Assembly (NCBI RefSeq): GCF_035084215.1
Contig: NC_090366.1
Coordinates: 13,950,001-14,014,000, forward strand
Direction: 5' to 3'
DNA from: Heptranchias perlo
Taxonomy: Eukaryota
DNA: 64,000 nucleotides
Numbering within the stretch: position 1 is the first letter of the stretch; every line of letters starts with the position of its first letter. The position numbers and the translations under genes are program-made. Shown here in pieces: positions 22,085 through 35,500 of the stretch. The notes beneath the pieces were generated by a model. That model was not told the origin of the DNA. It ran no database searches and saw only the letters and a list, made by a program, of their open reading frames with translations.

Positions 22085-22625
22085 CAAACACGGACGCTGG
22101 AAATCGGAACTAGCAAAGAAAAAAACGCTGAGAAACACTCTCGTTTCTCTCTCTCTACAGACCCGGGCAGCATCTGTAGAGAGAGAGAGAGAAACGAGAG
22201 TTAACATTGCAGGTCGATGACCTGTCGTCAGAATTGGAAGAAGTTAGTGATTTAGCAGTTTATAAGCAAGTACAGAGCCAGAGAAAGGAAAGAACAAAAG
22301 GCAGGGGGGGGGGGGAAAGAGGTCTGCAGATCGGGTGGGGGGGCAGGAGTGATTAAATGACAAAAGGGGATGATGGTGCAAGGCACGGAGGGTGGGAACG
22401 GGACAAGTAGAGAAACAAGAGATGGGTCTAGAGGAGGTGTAAAAGGCAACAGCAGAACCATTACCAGCACCCGCTGTCTGAGAAAATGGGAGCAGTGGTT
22501 CTGATCTGAAGTTATTGAAATCAGTGTTGAGTTTGGAAAGTTGTAAAGTGCCTGATCCTCGAGCTTCATTGGAACAGAGTCAGAGGCCGAGGACAGAGCG
22601 GGAATGAGACGGAGAGTTAAATAAT
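22085..22625 (-). mobile_element. Degenerate Penelope-like element terminal fragment
   Basis: Resembles the shark Penelope-type end as I recall it (GCTGGAAAT...GGCAGCATCTGT.GAGAGAGAAAC.GAGTTAAC...CAGGTCGATGACC). It contains a hammerhead-like core on the - strand. No database search was run. Confidence 0.5.
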
Positions 22626-23184
22626 TGTGATTGTTTGTTAACCTGTGTAAACATGAGCTGATTTCGAACAAGTTGAGTCCCAGCACTGCAAATAGCCATG
22701 AGATGTATCGTTTGTATTTCCCCGATGGACCTTCTACTTGTGAGTATATAGAGGTCCATCAGTTCCGAGTAATCTCGATATGCTGTCAAATATCAATAAA
22801 CATCTGACAATGTAGCACTGTCTCATGGGTCTGAGAATCTGTTAAATAGGATTTATGTAACATTATACTTCTGATCTACAGATCAGCCATGATCGAATTG
22901 AATGGCGGAACAGGCTCGAGGGGCTGAATGGCCTCCTCCTGCTCCCATGGAACAGACTCGAGGGGCTGAACGGCCTCCTCCTGTTCCTATGATCTTTATC
23001 CAGGGATCCCTTTGGCAAAGTGTGTGGTGGATACTGGGACGAGGGGGCAAGATCAGGCTTCGCGCTGATGCCCCTTTTAATGAAACAACTTTGCCCAAAT
23101 TTGTTGTTACTTCATTGCTTTTATGTTCTGTGCATCTCTTTCTAAAACCCAAATACTATTGGCATCTCAACGTCTGACTGTGGT

Positions 23185-24420
23185 GTTGGCCGTGACTCAG
23201 TGTGTAGCTCTCTCTCTCTCTCGCCTCTGAATCAGAAGGTCGTAGGTTCGAGTCCCCACTCCAGGGACTTGAACCCCATAATCCAGGCCGACACTCCCCA
23301 GTGCCAGTACTGAGGGAGTGTCGGAGGGTCGGTACTGAGGGAGTGCCGCACTGTCGGAGGGCCGGTACTGAGGGAGCGCCGCACTGTCGGAGGGCCGGTA
23401 CTGAGGGAGCGCCGCACTGTCGGAGGGCCGGTACTGAGGGAGCGCCGCACTGTCGGAGGGCCGGTACTGAGGGAGCGCCGCACTGTCGGAGGGTCGGTAC
23501 TGAGGGAGCGCCGCACTGTCGGGGGGGCGGTACTGAGGGAGCGCCGCACTGTCGGAAGGGCGGTACTGAGGGAGCGCCGCACTGTCGGAGGGCCGGTACT
23601 GAGGGAGCGCCGCACTGTCGGAGGGCCGGTACTGAGGGAGCGCCGCACTGTCGGAGGGCCGGTACTGAGGGAGCGCCGCACTGTCGGAGGGCCGGTACTG
23701 AGGGAGCGCCGCACTGTCGGAGGGCCGGTACTGAGGGAGCGCCGCACTGTCGGAGGGCCGGTACTGAGGGAGCGCCGCACTGTCGGAGGGCCGGTACTGA
23801 GGGAGCGCCGCACTGTCGGAGGGCCGGTACTGAGGGAGCGCCGCACTGTCGGAGGGCCGGTACTGAGGGAGCGCCGCACTGTCGGAGGGCCGGTACTGAG
23901 GGAGCGCCGCACTGTCGGAGGGCCGGTACTGAGGGAGCGCCGCACTGTCGGAGGGCCGGTACTGAGGGAGCGCCGCACTGTCGGAGGGCCGGTACTGAGG
24001 GAGCGCCGCACTGTCGGAGGGCCGGTACTGAGGGAGCGCCGCACTGTCGGAGGGCCGGTACTGAGGGAGCGCCGCACTGTCGGAGGGGCCGTCTTTCAGC
24101 TGAGACGTTAAACTGAGGCCCCGTCTGCCCTCTCAGACGGTCGTAAAAAACCCCATAGCCACTATTTTGAAGAAGAGCAGGGGGGAGTTCTCCCCGGTGT
24201 CCTGGGGCCGATATTTATCCCTCAACCAAGATCACAAAAAACAGATGATCTGGTCATTTATCACATTGCTGTTTGTGGGATCTTGCTGTGCGCAAATTGG
24301 CTGCCGCATTGCCTACATTACAACAGTGACCACAATTCACAAAGTACTTAATTGGCTGTAAAGCGCTTAGGGACGTCCTGAGGTCGAGAAAGGTGCTATA
24401 GAAATGCAAATTCGTTCTTT
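23185..24420 (+). mobile_element. Full-length Deu-domain SINE with ~23-copy 33-bp array (23307-24087)
   Basis: A-box-like TGACTCAGTG, B-box-like GGTTCGAGTCC, array variant GGGCCGGTAC, and complete body and tail. Confidence 0.82.
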
Positions 24421-24780
24421 TATGCCACAGACTTGAGCACATGATCTAGGCCGACAAGGGCCGACGAGGGAGTGCTGCACTGTTGGAGGTGCCGTCTTTC
24501 AAGTGAGACCAACACTGAGCTTCCACCTTTCGACTCCAATGATTCAGGTCGACCCCCATGGGACTATTCAAAGATCTCTGGGTCCCAGGACCCCCCGTTC
24601 ATTCCTCGACCAACACCCAACAATTTTGATTTCAGACGTCCACCATCCGGCAGAAGTGCGTTGTATCAGAGAACATTCCGGATCTCCGCGGACTGCAGGC
24701 GTTGGCTGGTGAGGGTGCAGTGCAGATTGCCCAGGGGGAACTGAGGGCGTCAGACACGGATATACAGACCGACAAGGAGA

Positions 24781-24847
24781 CACGGGCGGGCGCGGACGCG
24801 GGCGGGCGCGGACGCGGGCGGGCGCGGACGCGGGCGGGCGCGGACAC
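24781..24847. repeat. 16-bp CpG-rich repeat (GCGGGCGGGCGCGGAC)x4
   Basis: Direct repeats, each containing a GGGCGG GC box. Confidence 0.8.
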
Positions 24848-25218
24848 CTTCTGAAACATTAGCTCCAAGTTGAACTGCCTGCCCCCGTCGTGATCTCTCC
24901 AGCTCCGAACGGCCCGGCTGCAAGAACCTTTCCCCTCGGGAATTTCCAAACTTAAGAGTTTTCTCTTTCTTTTTTGTAAAAAAAAAAGTGTTTCTTTAAT
25001 TAATTCCGCTCAATAATCAAATGACTAAAGCTTTGCATCTACACATTTTTTAAATAGACGTGGAATCGCGAGAGAAGGCACAACGAGGAGCAAATTAGTG
25101 GGGGAGGGAGGGGGGGATATTCAGTTTAACCCACTGCTCACCCTACATTACATTGAGGGGGAGAAACAGCCCTGGGGTTGAGGGGGGGGGGTGGGGCGTT
25201 GGTGTAATGCAACCATTC

Positions 25219-25277
25219 TGCCAGCAGGTGGCGACGTTGCCCCCGTTAAACGACGCCAACAGCGCCACCTACTGGAG
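25219..25277. promoter_or_regulatory. Pair of CTCF-consensus motifs in opposite orientation
   Basis: + strand TGCCAGCAGGTGGCGAC (25219-25235) and - strand CCAGTAGGTGGCGCTG (25260-25275). Both match CCASYAGRKGGCRS closely. Confidence 0.6.
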
Positions 25278-26379
25278 CCGAACCGCAGCTGTAAACAAAA
25301 AAAGTAGTTCCTGACCGGTTTGTATCACTCCGCTCGAGCGGCTGTCCGAACAGACGCGAGGCTCCTCTCCCCTCAGACCAGCCCCCACCCACCACCCCAA
25401 CTTGCCCGCAATTTGCCCCTTTTAAAAAAAAAACCAGGGCGAGCGGAGATAGAAGGCCCGAGTCCAGCAGAGTGCCCTATCTCGGCCTGGGGGAACTAGG
25501 GAGCAGTGGGTGGGGAGGTGGAAATCGGAGGGCGAAGAGAAATCGGACAGAGCGTGGCTCCAGTGGTTAAGAGCCGAGATCGCTCTGTCCGCCGCGCAGG
25601 CCCGGAATTGAAGAGCCCGGCTGGAAATTCAATCCGAGGAAACTGGCCGCTGCTTAACCCGGCAGCGGAATTTGGAAAAAGGGGATTGTTAAAGATCGAA
25701 GATTCCGCCACACAAAAGAAAGGGCGATTCTCCCACTGGATCCCGGAGGAGGGAAGAGGAGGAGGGAGGGAGGGAGGGAGGGAGGGAGGGAGGGAGGGAG
25801 GGAGGACGAGCTGTCAGGTCAAGCTGCCGCACGATACCCACCGACCACCGGTAAAACCTTCCCCTCCCCTCCATTCAGATCATTCTTCCTTTGAAACAAA
25901 TTGCTATCGTACACACACACACACACACACAAAAAAATAAACCCAAAGGCCCGTCCGATCTCCGTAACGCACGACCTTTCTGCGTTCGGAAGGGAGAAAC
26001 ACAATTCCACACAGGGGAGGCCTTTGTGGTGAATTCTCACTGGAACAAGTCAAGGTGTAACAGATGGTATCAAAACGCAAGAAATCCAAACGCAGTGAAC
26101 AAGATCTTGCTGCTGGTATTTGGTGAATTTTCGCCTCAAAATTGTCCAGTGATAAAGTGTTTGGTTAAAAAAAAAATCTTGATTTTCTTTTTTGTTTGCA
26201 TAAAAAGAGAAACAATTTCTCGCTCTCCAGATCTTCACCACCTCGGTGTTTAAGCGCTTGCTCGCTCGCTCGCCTCGTAGGTTCCGAAAGTCTCTCGGCT
26301 TCCTCTTCCTTCTCCGATGCCCGCCCGCCCGCCCATCCCACCCCTCGCCCGCCCGCCCGAGGTCAGGGGCGAGCCGCAC

Positions 26380-26530
26380 TCACGTCCCATGCCGGAGACC
26401 ATTTCTGGTGCCGATATCCACGGTGATGTTGGTGTACAGTGGCAGGTGGTCCTTGGACAGGACAAGGTACTCCAAGGAGTTCATTCCATCCTCCTTCCAG
26501 GACCGTTTAGTCTTTGCCAGAAGGTTGAAC
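26380..26530 (-). CDS. B4GALT3-like: B4GALT3-like coding exon 6 (terminal)
   Basis: [49 protein letters not shown]. Strong pyrimidine tract before the AG at 26531-26532. Confidence 0.93.
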
Positions 26531-29500
26531 CTGGTGCGGGATCAGAAAGAAAGAGAAGTGACTTCATGGGACTCTGTCTGTGTCCCTAACCCTTAACTAA
26601 TGGGAAAGTCTTCACTAATCTTCCTCACCAACCCTTAACTAATGGGATAGTCTTCACTAATCTTCATTCACCCAACCCTTAACTAACGGGATAGTCTTCA
26701 CTCATCTTCCTCACCAACCCTAACTAATGGGATAGTCTTCACTAATCTTCCTCACCAACCCTCAACTAACGGGATAGTCTACACTAATCTTCCTCACCAA
26801 CCCCTAACTAATGGGATAGTCTTCACTAATCTTCATTCACCCAACCCTTAACTAACGGGATAGTCTTCACTCATCTTCCTCACCAACCCCTAACTAATGG
26901 GATAGTCTTCACTAATCTTCCTCACCAACCCTCAACTAACGGGATAGTCTACACTAATCTTCCTCACCAACCCCTAACTAATGGGATAGTCTTCACTAAT
27001 CTTCCTCACCAACCCTCAACTAACGGGATAGTCTACACTAATCTTCCTCACCAACCCTTAACTAATGGGATAGTCTTCACTAATCTTCCTCACCAACCCT
27101 TAACTAATGGGATAGTCTTCACTAATCTTCATTCGCCCAACCCTTAACTAACGGGATAGTCTTCACTAATCTTCCTCACCAACCCTTAACTAACGGAATA
27201 GTCTTCACTAATCTTCCTCACCAACCCTCAACTAATGGGATAGTCTTCGCTAATCTTCATTCCCCCAACCCTTAACTAACAGGATAGTCTTCACTCATCT
27301 TCCTCACCAACCCTTAACTAATGGGATAGTCTTCACTAATCTTCATTCCCCCAACCCTTAACTAATAGGATAGTCTTCACTAATCTTCATTCCCCCAACC
27401 CTTAACTAATGAGACATTCTTCACTAATCTGCACCTTTAACCCTCAAGTCCTGGGACATTCTTCAATGGGTATCCCTCCTTCCGAACCCTTGACCAGTGA
27501 GATAGTCTTCACTAAACCTTAACCCCGGCCCCTCAGGCAATGCGCCGTTTTCCCTATCGCGCCCTCATTGAGCAGGGTTACTGAGGCAGAGGGTGGGCGG
27601 TTACCTTTTGGGGTTCTCCTCGTTTCCCTTGTCGTGGTCATGTTTGATCATCTTGTATCGGCCAACCTGCACAGCAGGTCTGACAATCATCATCCCATTC
27701 AGATAGACTCTGGAAAACCAGCAACGGGAGACAGCATTAGTCCCAGAGCAAACAGCAGATACATAAAATTACATCGAATTTACAGCACAGAAACAGGCCA
27801 TTCGGCCCACAGGTCTATCCCGGTGTTTATGCTCCACACGAGCCTCCTCCCTCCCTGCTTCATCTCACCCTATCACCATATCCTTCTATTCCTTTCTCCC
27901 TCATGTGTTTATCCAGCTTCCCCTTAAATCCATCTACACTATTCACCTCAACTACTCCTTGTGGGAGCGAGTTCCACATTCTCACCACTCTCTGGGTAAA
28001 GAAGTTTCTCCTGAATTCCCTATTGGATTTATTAGTGACTATCTTATATTTATGACCCCTAGTTCTGGTCTCCCCCACAAGGGGAAACATCTTCTCTGCG
28101 ACTACCCTATCGAACCCCTTTCATAATTTTTAAGGACCTCTATCAGGTCACCCCTCAGCCTTCTCTTTTCTAGAGAAAAGAGCCCCAGCCTGTTCAGTCT
28201 TTCCTGATGGTTATAACCTCTCAGTTCTGGTATCATCCTTGAAAATCTTTTTTGTACTTTCTCCAGTGTTTCTATATCCTTTTTGTAATCTGGGGACCAG
28301 AACTGTGCACAGTGCTCCAAGTGTGGTCTAACCAAGGTATTTGGAATCCAGAACTGTGCACAGTGCTCCAAGTGTGGTCTAAACCAAGGTATATGGAGAC
28401 CAGAACTGTGCACAGTGCTCCAAGTGTGATCTAAACCAAGGTATATGGAGACCAGAACTGTGCACAGTGCTCCAAGTGTGGTCTAAACCAAGGTATATGG
28501 AGACCAGAACTGTACACAGTGCTCCAAGTGTGGTCTAACCAAGGTATATGGAGACCAGAACTGTGCACAGTGCTCCAAGTGTGGTCTAACCAAGGTATAT
28601 GGAGACCAGAACTGTGCACAGTGCTCCAAGTGTGGTCTAACCAAGGTTCTATACAAGTTTAACATAACTTCCCTGCTTTTCAATTCTATCCCTCTCTTCC
28701 TTTTTGCTTCTCGTCTTTCCCCCCGACAGTGATTGTGAATCTTTTAATTTGCTCTAACCTTCTCCACTTTCTCCCGAGCTATCGTATTTCTTCAGTAAAA
28801 TAATCGAACATTGCTGCAGAGTGTATAAGATGCATCCCACCCACATCAGTGCATCACCCTAGACGCTAGGGGTGGAACTTATACCACAATAGAGAGCTCT
28901 GGTTAGACCCCCATCTGGAGAGACTGCGTCCAGTTCTGGGCACCGCACCTCAGGAAGGATATATTGGCCTTGGAGGGGGGGCAGGGCAGATTCACCAGAA
29001 TGATAACCGGGGCTAAAAGGGTTAAATTACGAGGACAGGTCGCACAGACTGGGCTTGTATTCCCTCGAGTGTAGAAGATTAAGGGGTGATCTAATCGAGG
29101 TGTTTAGGATGATTAAAGGATTCGATAGGGTCGATAGAGAGAAACTATTTCCTCTGGTGGGGGGAGTCCAGAACAAGGGGGCAGAACCTTAAAATTAGAG
29201 CCAGGCCGTTCAGGGGTGATGTCAGGAAGCACTTCCTCACACAAAGGGGAGTGGGAATCTGGAACTCTCTCCCCCAAAAAAGCTGATGAGGCCGGGGGTC
29301 AATTGGAAATTTCAAAACAGAGATTGATCGATTTTTGTTGGGTGAGGGGATTAAGGGTTACAGAACCAAGGCGGGAAAATGGAGTTAAGATACAGATCAG
29401 CCATGATCTGATTGAATGGGGAACAGGCTCGAGGGGCTGAATGGCCTCCCCCTGATCCTAGACGTTTTGTGCGATGAGACTTGCTTCGCATTTGCCTCAA

Positions 29501-32500
29501 CAAGGTGCATTTATACAGGGCCTTTAACGTGGTAAAAAGTCCCGAGGCGCCTTCACCCACCTGGAAGCGATGTCATCGTCCTCACCCCCCCATCCCCAGT
29601 AGTTATTTGGGAATCCATTGATCTTCATGTATTGATCCGGAGTGAGGGCTGAAACTCCGCCAAAGTAACTTCTGTACGGTAACCTGCAGAGTGCAAAGAG
29701 GAGAGGTCACCACCCACAAGGCCCGCTCAGATGATGGAGGCCCTTTGGCAATTTGATTCCACCCTCCACCCCCCTGAACCCACACACCACCAACGCCCAC
29801 CCTACCCTGCCCTGCCCTCCCGACCCAACCCCAACCTCCCACCCCCTCACTCTCGCCCTGCTGCCCTGGGGTGCTGTTTGTGGCTGTTCCTTTATTGAGG
29901 GGGACAGCAGTGTACTGACCCATGGGGTCAGGGGTGGGGGAGAGGGGGGGGGGGGGNNNNNNNNNNNNNNNNNNNNNNNNNNNNNNNNNNNNNNNNNNNN
30001 NNNNNNNNNNNNNNNNNNNNNNNNNNNNNNNNNNNNNNNNNNNNNNNNNNNNNNNNNNNNNNNNNNNNNNNNNNNNNNNNNNNNNNNNNNNNNNNNNNNN
30101 NNNNNNNNNNNNNNNNNNNNNNNNNNNNNNNNNNNNNNNNNNNNNNNNNNNNNNNNNNNNNNNNNNNNNNNNNNNNNNNNNNNNNNNNNNNNNNNNNNNN
30201 NNNNNNNNNNNNNNNNNNNNNNNNNNNNNNNNNNNNNNNNNNNNNNNNNNNNNNNNNNNNNNNNNNNNNNNNNNNNNNNNNNNNNNNNNNNNNNNNNNTC
30301 GAAACTTGGAAGATAGGAGCAGGAGTAGGCCATTCGGCCCTTCGGGCCTGCTCCGCCATTCAAAATGATCATGGCTGATCGTCTAACTCAGTACCCTGTT
30401 CCCGCTTTCTCCCCATATCGCTTGATCCCTTTAGCATTAAGAAATATATCGATCTCCTTCTTGAATACATCTAATGACTTGGCCTCCACTGCCTTCTGTG
30501 GTAGAGAATTCCACAGGTTCACCACCCTCTGAGTGAAGAAATTTCTCCTCATCTCAGTCCTAAATGGCAGACCCCGTATCCTGAGACTGTGACCCCTGGT
30601 TCTGGACTCCCCAGCCATCGGGAATGTCCTCCCTGCATCTAGCCTGTCTCGTCCTGTTAGAATTTTATATGTTTCGATGAGATCACCTCTCATTCTTCTA
30701 AACTCTAGTGAATATAGGCCTAGTCGACCCAATCTCTCCTCATACGTCAGTCCTGCCATCCCAGGAATCAGTCTGGTAAACCTTTGTTGCACTCCCTCCA
30801 TGGCAAGGACATCCTTCCTCAGATAAGGAAACCAAAACTGCACACAATACTCCAGATGTGGTCTCACCATGGCCCCCTATAACTGCAGTAAGACATCCCT
30901 GCTCCTGTACTCAAATCCTCTTGCAATGAAGGCCAACATACCATTCGCCTTCCTAACTGCTTGCTGCACCTGAATGCTCGCTTTCAGCGACTGGTGTACA
31001 AGGACACCCAGGTCTCGTTGCACCTCCCCTTTTCCCAATCTATCTCCATTCAGATAATAATCTGTCTCTGTTTTTACAACCAAAGTTATATCGGGCCTTT
31101 CACAACCTCAGGACGTCCCAAAGCGCTTTACAGCCAATGAAGTACTTTGTGAAGTGTGGTCACTGATGTAATTTAGGAAACGCAGCAGCCAATTTGCGCA
31201 CAAACAGCAATGTGATCAATGACCAGATCATCTGTTTTTTTAGTGATGTTGGTTGAGGGATAAACATTGGCCCCAGGGCACCGGGAAGAACTCCCCCTGC
31301 TCTTCGTCCAATAGTGGCCGTGGGATCTTTTACATCCACCTGAGAGGGGCAGACGGGGCCTCGGTTTAACGTCTCATCCGAAAGACGGCACTTCCGACAG
31401 CGCAGCGCTCCCTCAGTACTGACCCTCCGACAGTGCAGCGCTCCCTCAGTACTGACCCTCCGACAGTGCAGCGCTCCCCTCAGCACCAACCCTCCGACAG
31501 TGCGTGTGCTCCTCAGTACTGACCCTCCGACAGTGCAGCGCTCCCTCAGTACTGACCCTCCGACAGTGCGGTGCTCCCTCAGTACTGACCCTCCGACAGT
31601 GCAGCGCTCCCTCAGCACCGACCCTCCGACAGTGCGGTGCTCCCTCAGTACTGACCCTCCGACAGTGCGGCGCTCCCTCAGTACTGACCCTCCGACAGTG
31701 CAGCGCTCCTTCAGCACCGACCCTCCGACAGTGCGGTGCTCCCTCAGTACTGACCCTCCGACAGTGCGGTGCTCCCTCAGCACCGACCCTCCGACAGTGC
31801 GGCGCTCCCTCAGTACTGACCCTCCGACAGTGCAGCGCTCCCTCAGCACCGACCCTCCGACAGTGCGGCGCTCCCTCAGCACCGACCCTCCGACAGCGCG
31901 ACGCTCCCTCCAGCACCGACCCTCCGACGGCGCGGCGCTCCCTCAGCACCGACCCTCCGACAGCACTGAGGGAGCGCCGCACTGAAGGTGATAAACAGCG
32001 GAACGGGTAGGCAGGAAGTGGTGCGGGAGGGGGGTGTCGATTAACAAGTTGACATGGATTGGCGGACTCGCTTAACTCCTGGTGCCAGAAATCAAAATCC
32101 AATCAACGACCCCGCTCCCCGAGGGTAACAGGCTTTGCTCACTTGTATCCGAATTTGTCCATGGCGATGGACGCATGCTTGGGGTTCTTCTCACACACGT
32201 ACACATTGCGATCGTCCTCGGGGATCAGGTCCACGTCGTGGTAGAAGAGGCAGCCCCAGTCCTCCTCCTTCATGGCTTCCTTGAATCCCACATTGAGAAG
32301 CTTGGCTCGGTTGAAGGTGTAATTCCCGGCCTGTTCCGAGCGAGGAGGGGGAGGAGGAGGAGGAGAGAGGGATGGTGAGGTTAGTGTGGAGTCAGTGTCG
32401 CAACTGTCAAACCGTCGGTCTTTCCCCACCCCTCTCCACCTCGGTCCCCCTCCCCAACTGTCCCAAAGGTGGAGAGGGGTGGGGAAAGACAGAGCAAGAA

Positions 32501-35500
32501 AGGGGGGGGGGAAGAGAAGAGAGCAAGAAGGGGGGGAAGAGAAGAGAGCAAGAAGGGGGGGGAAAGAGAAGAGAGCAAGAAGGGGGGGAAGAGAAGAGAG
32601 CAAGAAGGGGGGGAAGAGAAGGGGGGAGAAGAGAAGAGAGCAAGAAGGGGGGGAAAGAGAAGAGAGCAAGAAGGGGGGGAAAGAGAAGAGAGCAAGAAGG
32701 GGGGGAAGAGGAAGAGAGCAAGAAGGGGGAGAAGAGAAGAGAGCAAGAAGGGGGGGAAGAGAAGAGAGCAAGAAGGGGGGGAAGAGAAGAGAGCAAGAAG
32801 GGGGGGAAGAGAAGAGAGCAAGAAGGGGGGGGGGAAGAGAAGAGAGCAAGAAGGGGGGGAAGAGAAGAGAGCAAGAAGGGGGGGAAGAGAAGAGAGCAAG
32901 AAGGGGGGGAAGAGAAGAGAGCAAGAAGGGGGGGGGGGAGAGAAGAGAGCAAGAAGGGGGGGGGAAGAGAAGAGAGCAAGAAGGGGGGGAAGAGAACGAG
33001 AGCAAGAAGGGGGGGAAGAGAAGAGAGCAAGAAGGGGGGGAAGAGAAGAGAGCAAGAAGGGGGGGGGTGGAAGAGAAGAGAGCAAGAAGGGGGGGGGGGG
33101 GAAGAGAAGAGAGCAAGAAGGGGGGGGGGAAGAGAAGAGAGCAAGAAGGGGGGGGGAAGAGAGCAAGAATGGGGGAAAGAGAAGAGAGCAAAAAGGGGGG
33201 GGAAGAGAAGAGAGCAAGAAGGGGGGGGAAAGAGAAGAGAGCAAGAAGGGGGGGGGAAGAGAAGAGAGCAAGAAAATGGGGGAAAGAGAAGAGAGCAAGA
33301 AGTGGGGGGGGGGGGGGAGAGAAGAGAGCAAGAAGGGGGGGGAAGAGAAGAGAGCAAGAAGGGGGGAAGAGAAGAGAGCAAGAAGGGGGGAAGAGAAGAG
33401 AGCAAGAAGGGGGAAGAGAAGAGAGCAAGAAGGGGGGAAGAGAAGAGAGCAAGAAGGGGGAAGAGAAGAGAGCAAGAAGGGGGGGAAGAGAAGAGAGCAA
33501 GAAGGGGGGGGGGAAGAGAAGAGAGCAAGGGGGGGGAAGAGAAGAGAGCAAGAAGGGGGGGAAGAGAAGAGAGCAAGAAGGGGGGGAAGAGAAGAGAGCA
33601 AGAAGGGGGGGGGAAGAGAAGAGAGCAAGAAGGGGGGGGAAGAGAAGAGAGCAAGAAGGGGGGAAAGAGAAGAGAGCAAGAAGTGGGGGGGGGGGAAGAG
33701 AAGAGAGCAAGAAGGGGGGGAAGAGAAGAGAGCAAGAAGGGGGGGGAAGAGAAGAGAGCAAGAAGGGGGGGGGAAGAGAAGAGAGCAAGAAGGGGGGGGG
33801 GGGGAAGAGATGAGAGCAAGAAGGGGGGGAAGAGAAGAGAGCAAGAAGGGGGGGAAGAGAAGAGAGCAAGAAGGGGGGGAAGAGAAGAGAGCAAGAAGGG
33901 GGGGAAGAGAAGAGAGCAAGAAGGGGGGGAAAGAGAAGAGAGCAAGAAGGGGGGGGAAAGAGAAGAGAGCAAGAAGGGGGGGAAGGAGAAGAGAGCAAGA
34001 AGGGTGGGGGTGGGTGGGGAGACAAGAATGCAAGAAGTGGGGGAGGGTGGCGAAGAGAAGAGAAAATCCCTGCCCCATTTTGGAACAGATAACTTGACAC
34101 CGACTGGCCTGGGAGCCCTGGGGACGTGGGCCCTGGAGCCTGGGCCCTGGGTACTCTGTGCGGCCCAGTCCCAGGCACCACCGCACCACCCCCCCCCGGC
34201 CCCTCCTTTCCCATCGCGTGCCCCCTCCGGTCGCAAGCCCCACCCGTGACCCTTTGCGCCTCAAACCCCTCGGTACCTGGTGGATGACGTATATCCCATA
34301 ATTGAGCTGCTGTCGCTGTAGGAACGGGTGCAGGTAGTACAGCAAGTGCTTGAGGTGTTGCTCACGGTTACGGTGCGGAATTATAACGGCGGTGCTGTGG
34401 AGCGACTCGCAATCGGGCGGTTTATACCTGCCGCCCGACGTCACGTACGGGTTCTTTCTCTGCAACCTCCTCCATCGTGAGCTCCTTGGGGAAACTCACT
34501 CGAATTGGGCCCCCTGGGGATGAGGGAATGGAAAGCCTTTCAAAACTCCAAAGCCTTTTCCACTAGGCCAAAGCAATCTGTAACCCCCCCACCACCGACC
34601 CCACCAAAAAAAAAACACACACAAGTCTCAGTGGGTGGAATCATAGAAAGGTTACAGCACGGAAGGAGGCCATCCGGCCCGTCGAGTCCGTGCGGCTCTT
34701 TGCAAGAGCGATCCGGCTCGTCCCGCTCCCCCGCAGCCCTGCAAATTTTTTCTTTCAAGTACACAGGATGCACTGCAGCAACTCGCCAAGGCTTCTTCGA
34801 CAGCACCTCCCAAACCCGCGACCTCTACCACCTAGGAAGGACAAGAGCAGCAGGCCCACTCCAGAGACCTGACCCTCCGACAGTGCGGCGCTCCCTCAGT
34901 ACTGACCCTCCGACAGTGTGGTGGATGGGGTGCCAATCAAGCAGCCCGCTTGATTGGCACCCCATCCACCACACTAAACATTCACTCCCTTCACCACCGG
35001 TGCACCGTGGCTGCAGTGTGTACCATCCACAGGATGCACTGCAGCAACTCGCCAAGGCTTCTTCGACAGCACCTCCCAAACCCGCGACCTCTACCACCTA
35101 GAAGGACAAGGGCAGCAGGAACATGGGAACACCACCACCTGCACGTTCCCCTCCAAGTCACACACCATCCCGACTTGGAAATATATCGGCCGTTCCTTCA
35201 TCGTCGCTGGGTCAAAATCCTGGAACTCCCTCTCTAACAGCACTGTGGGAGAACCGTCACCACACGGACTGCAGCGGTTCAAGAAGGCGGCTCACCACCA
35301 CCTTCTCAAGGGCAATTAGGGATGGCAATAAATGCCGGCCTCGCCAGCGACGCCCACATCCCATGAACGAATTTTTAAAAAACTTATCCAGTTCCCTTTT
35401 GAAGGCCATGATTGAATCTGCCTCACCACCCCCTCGGGCAGTGCATTCCAGATCATAACCACTCGCTGCGTAAAAAAGTTTTTCCTCATGTCACCTTTGG

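Noticed and set aside
29707-30372. ORFs containing X runs
   Set aside because: They span the N gap. The same applies at 37315-38068.
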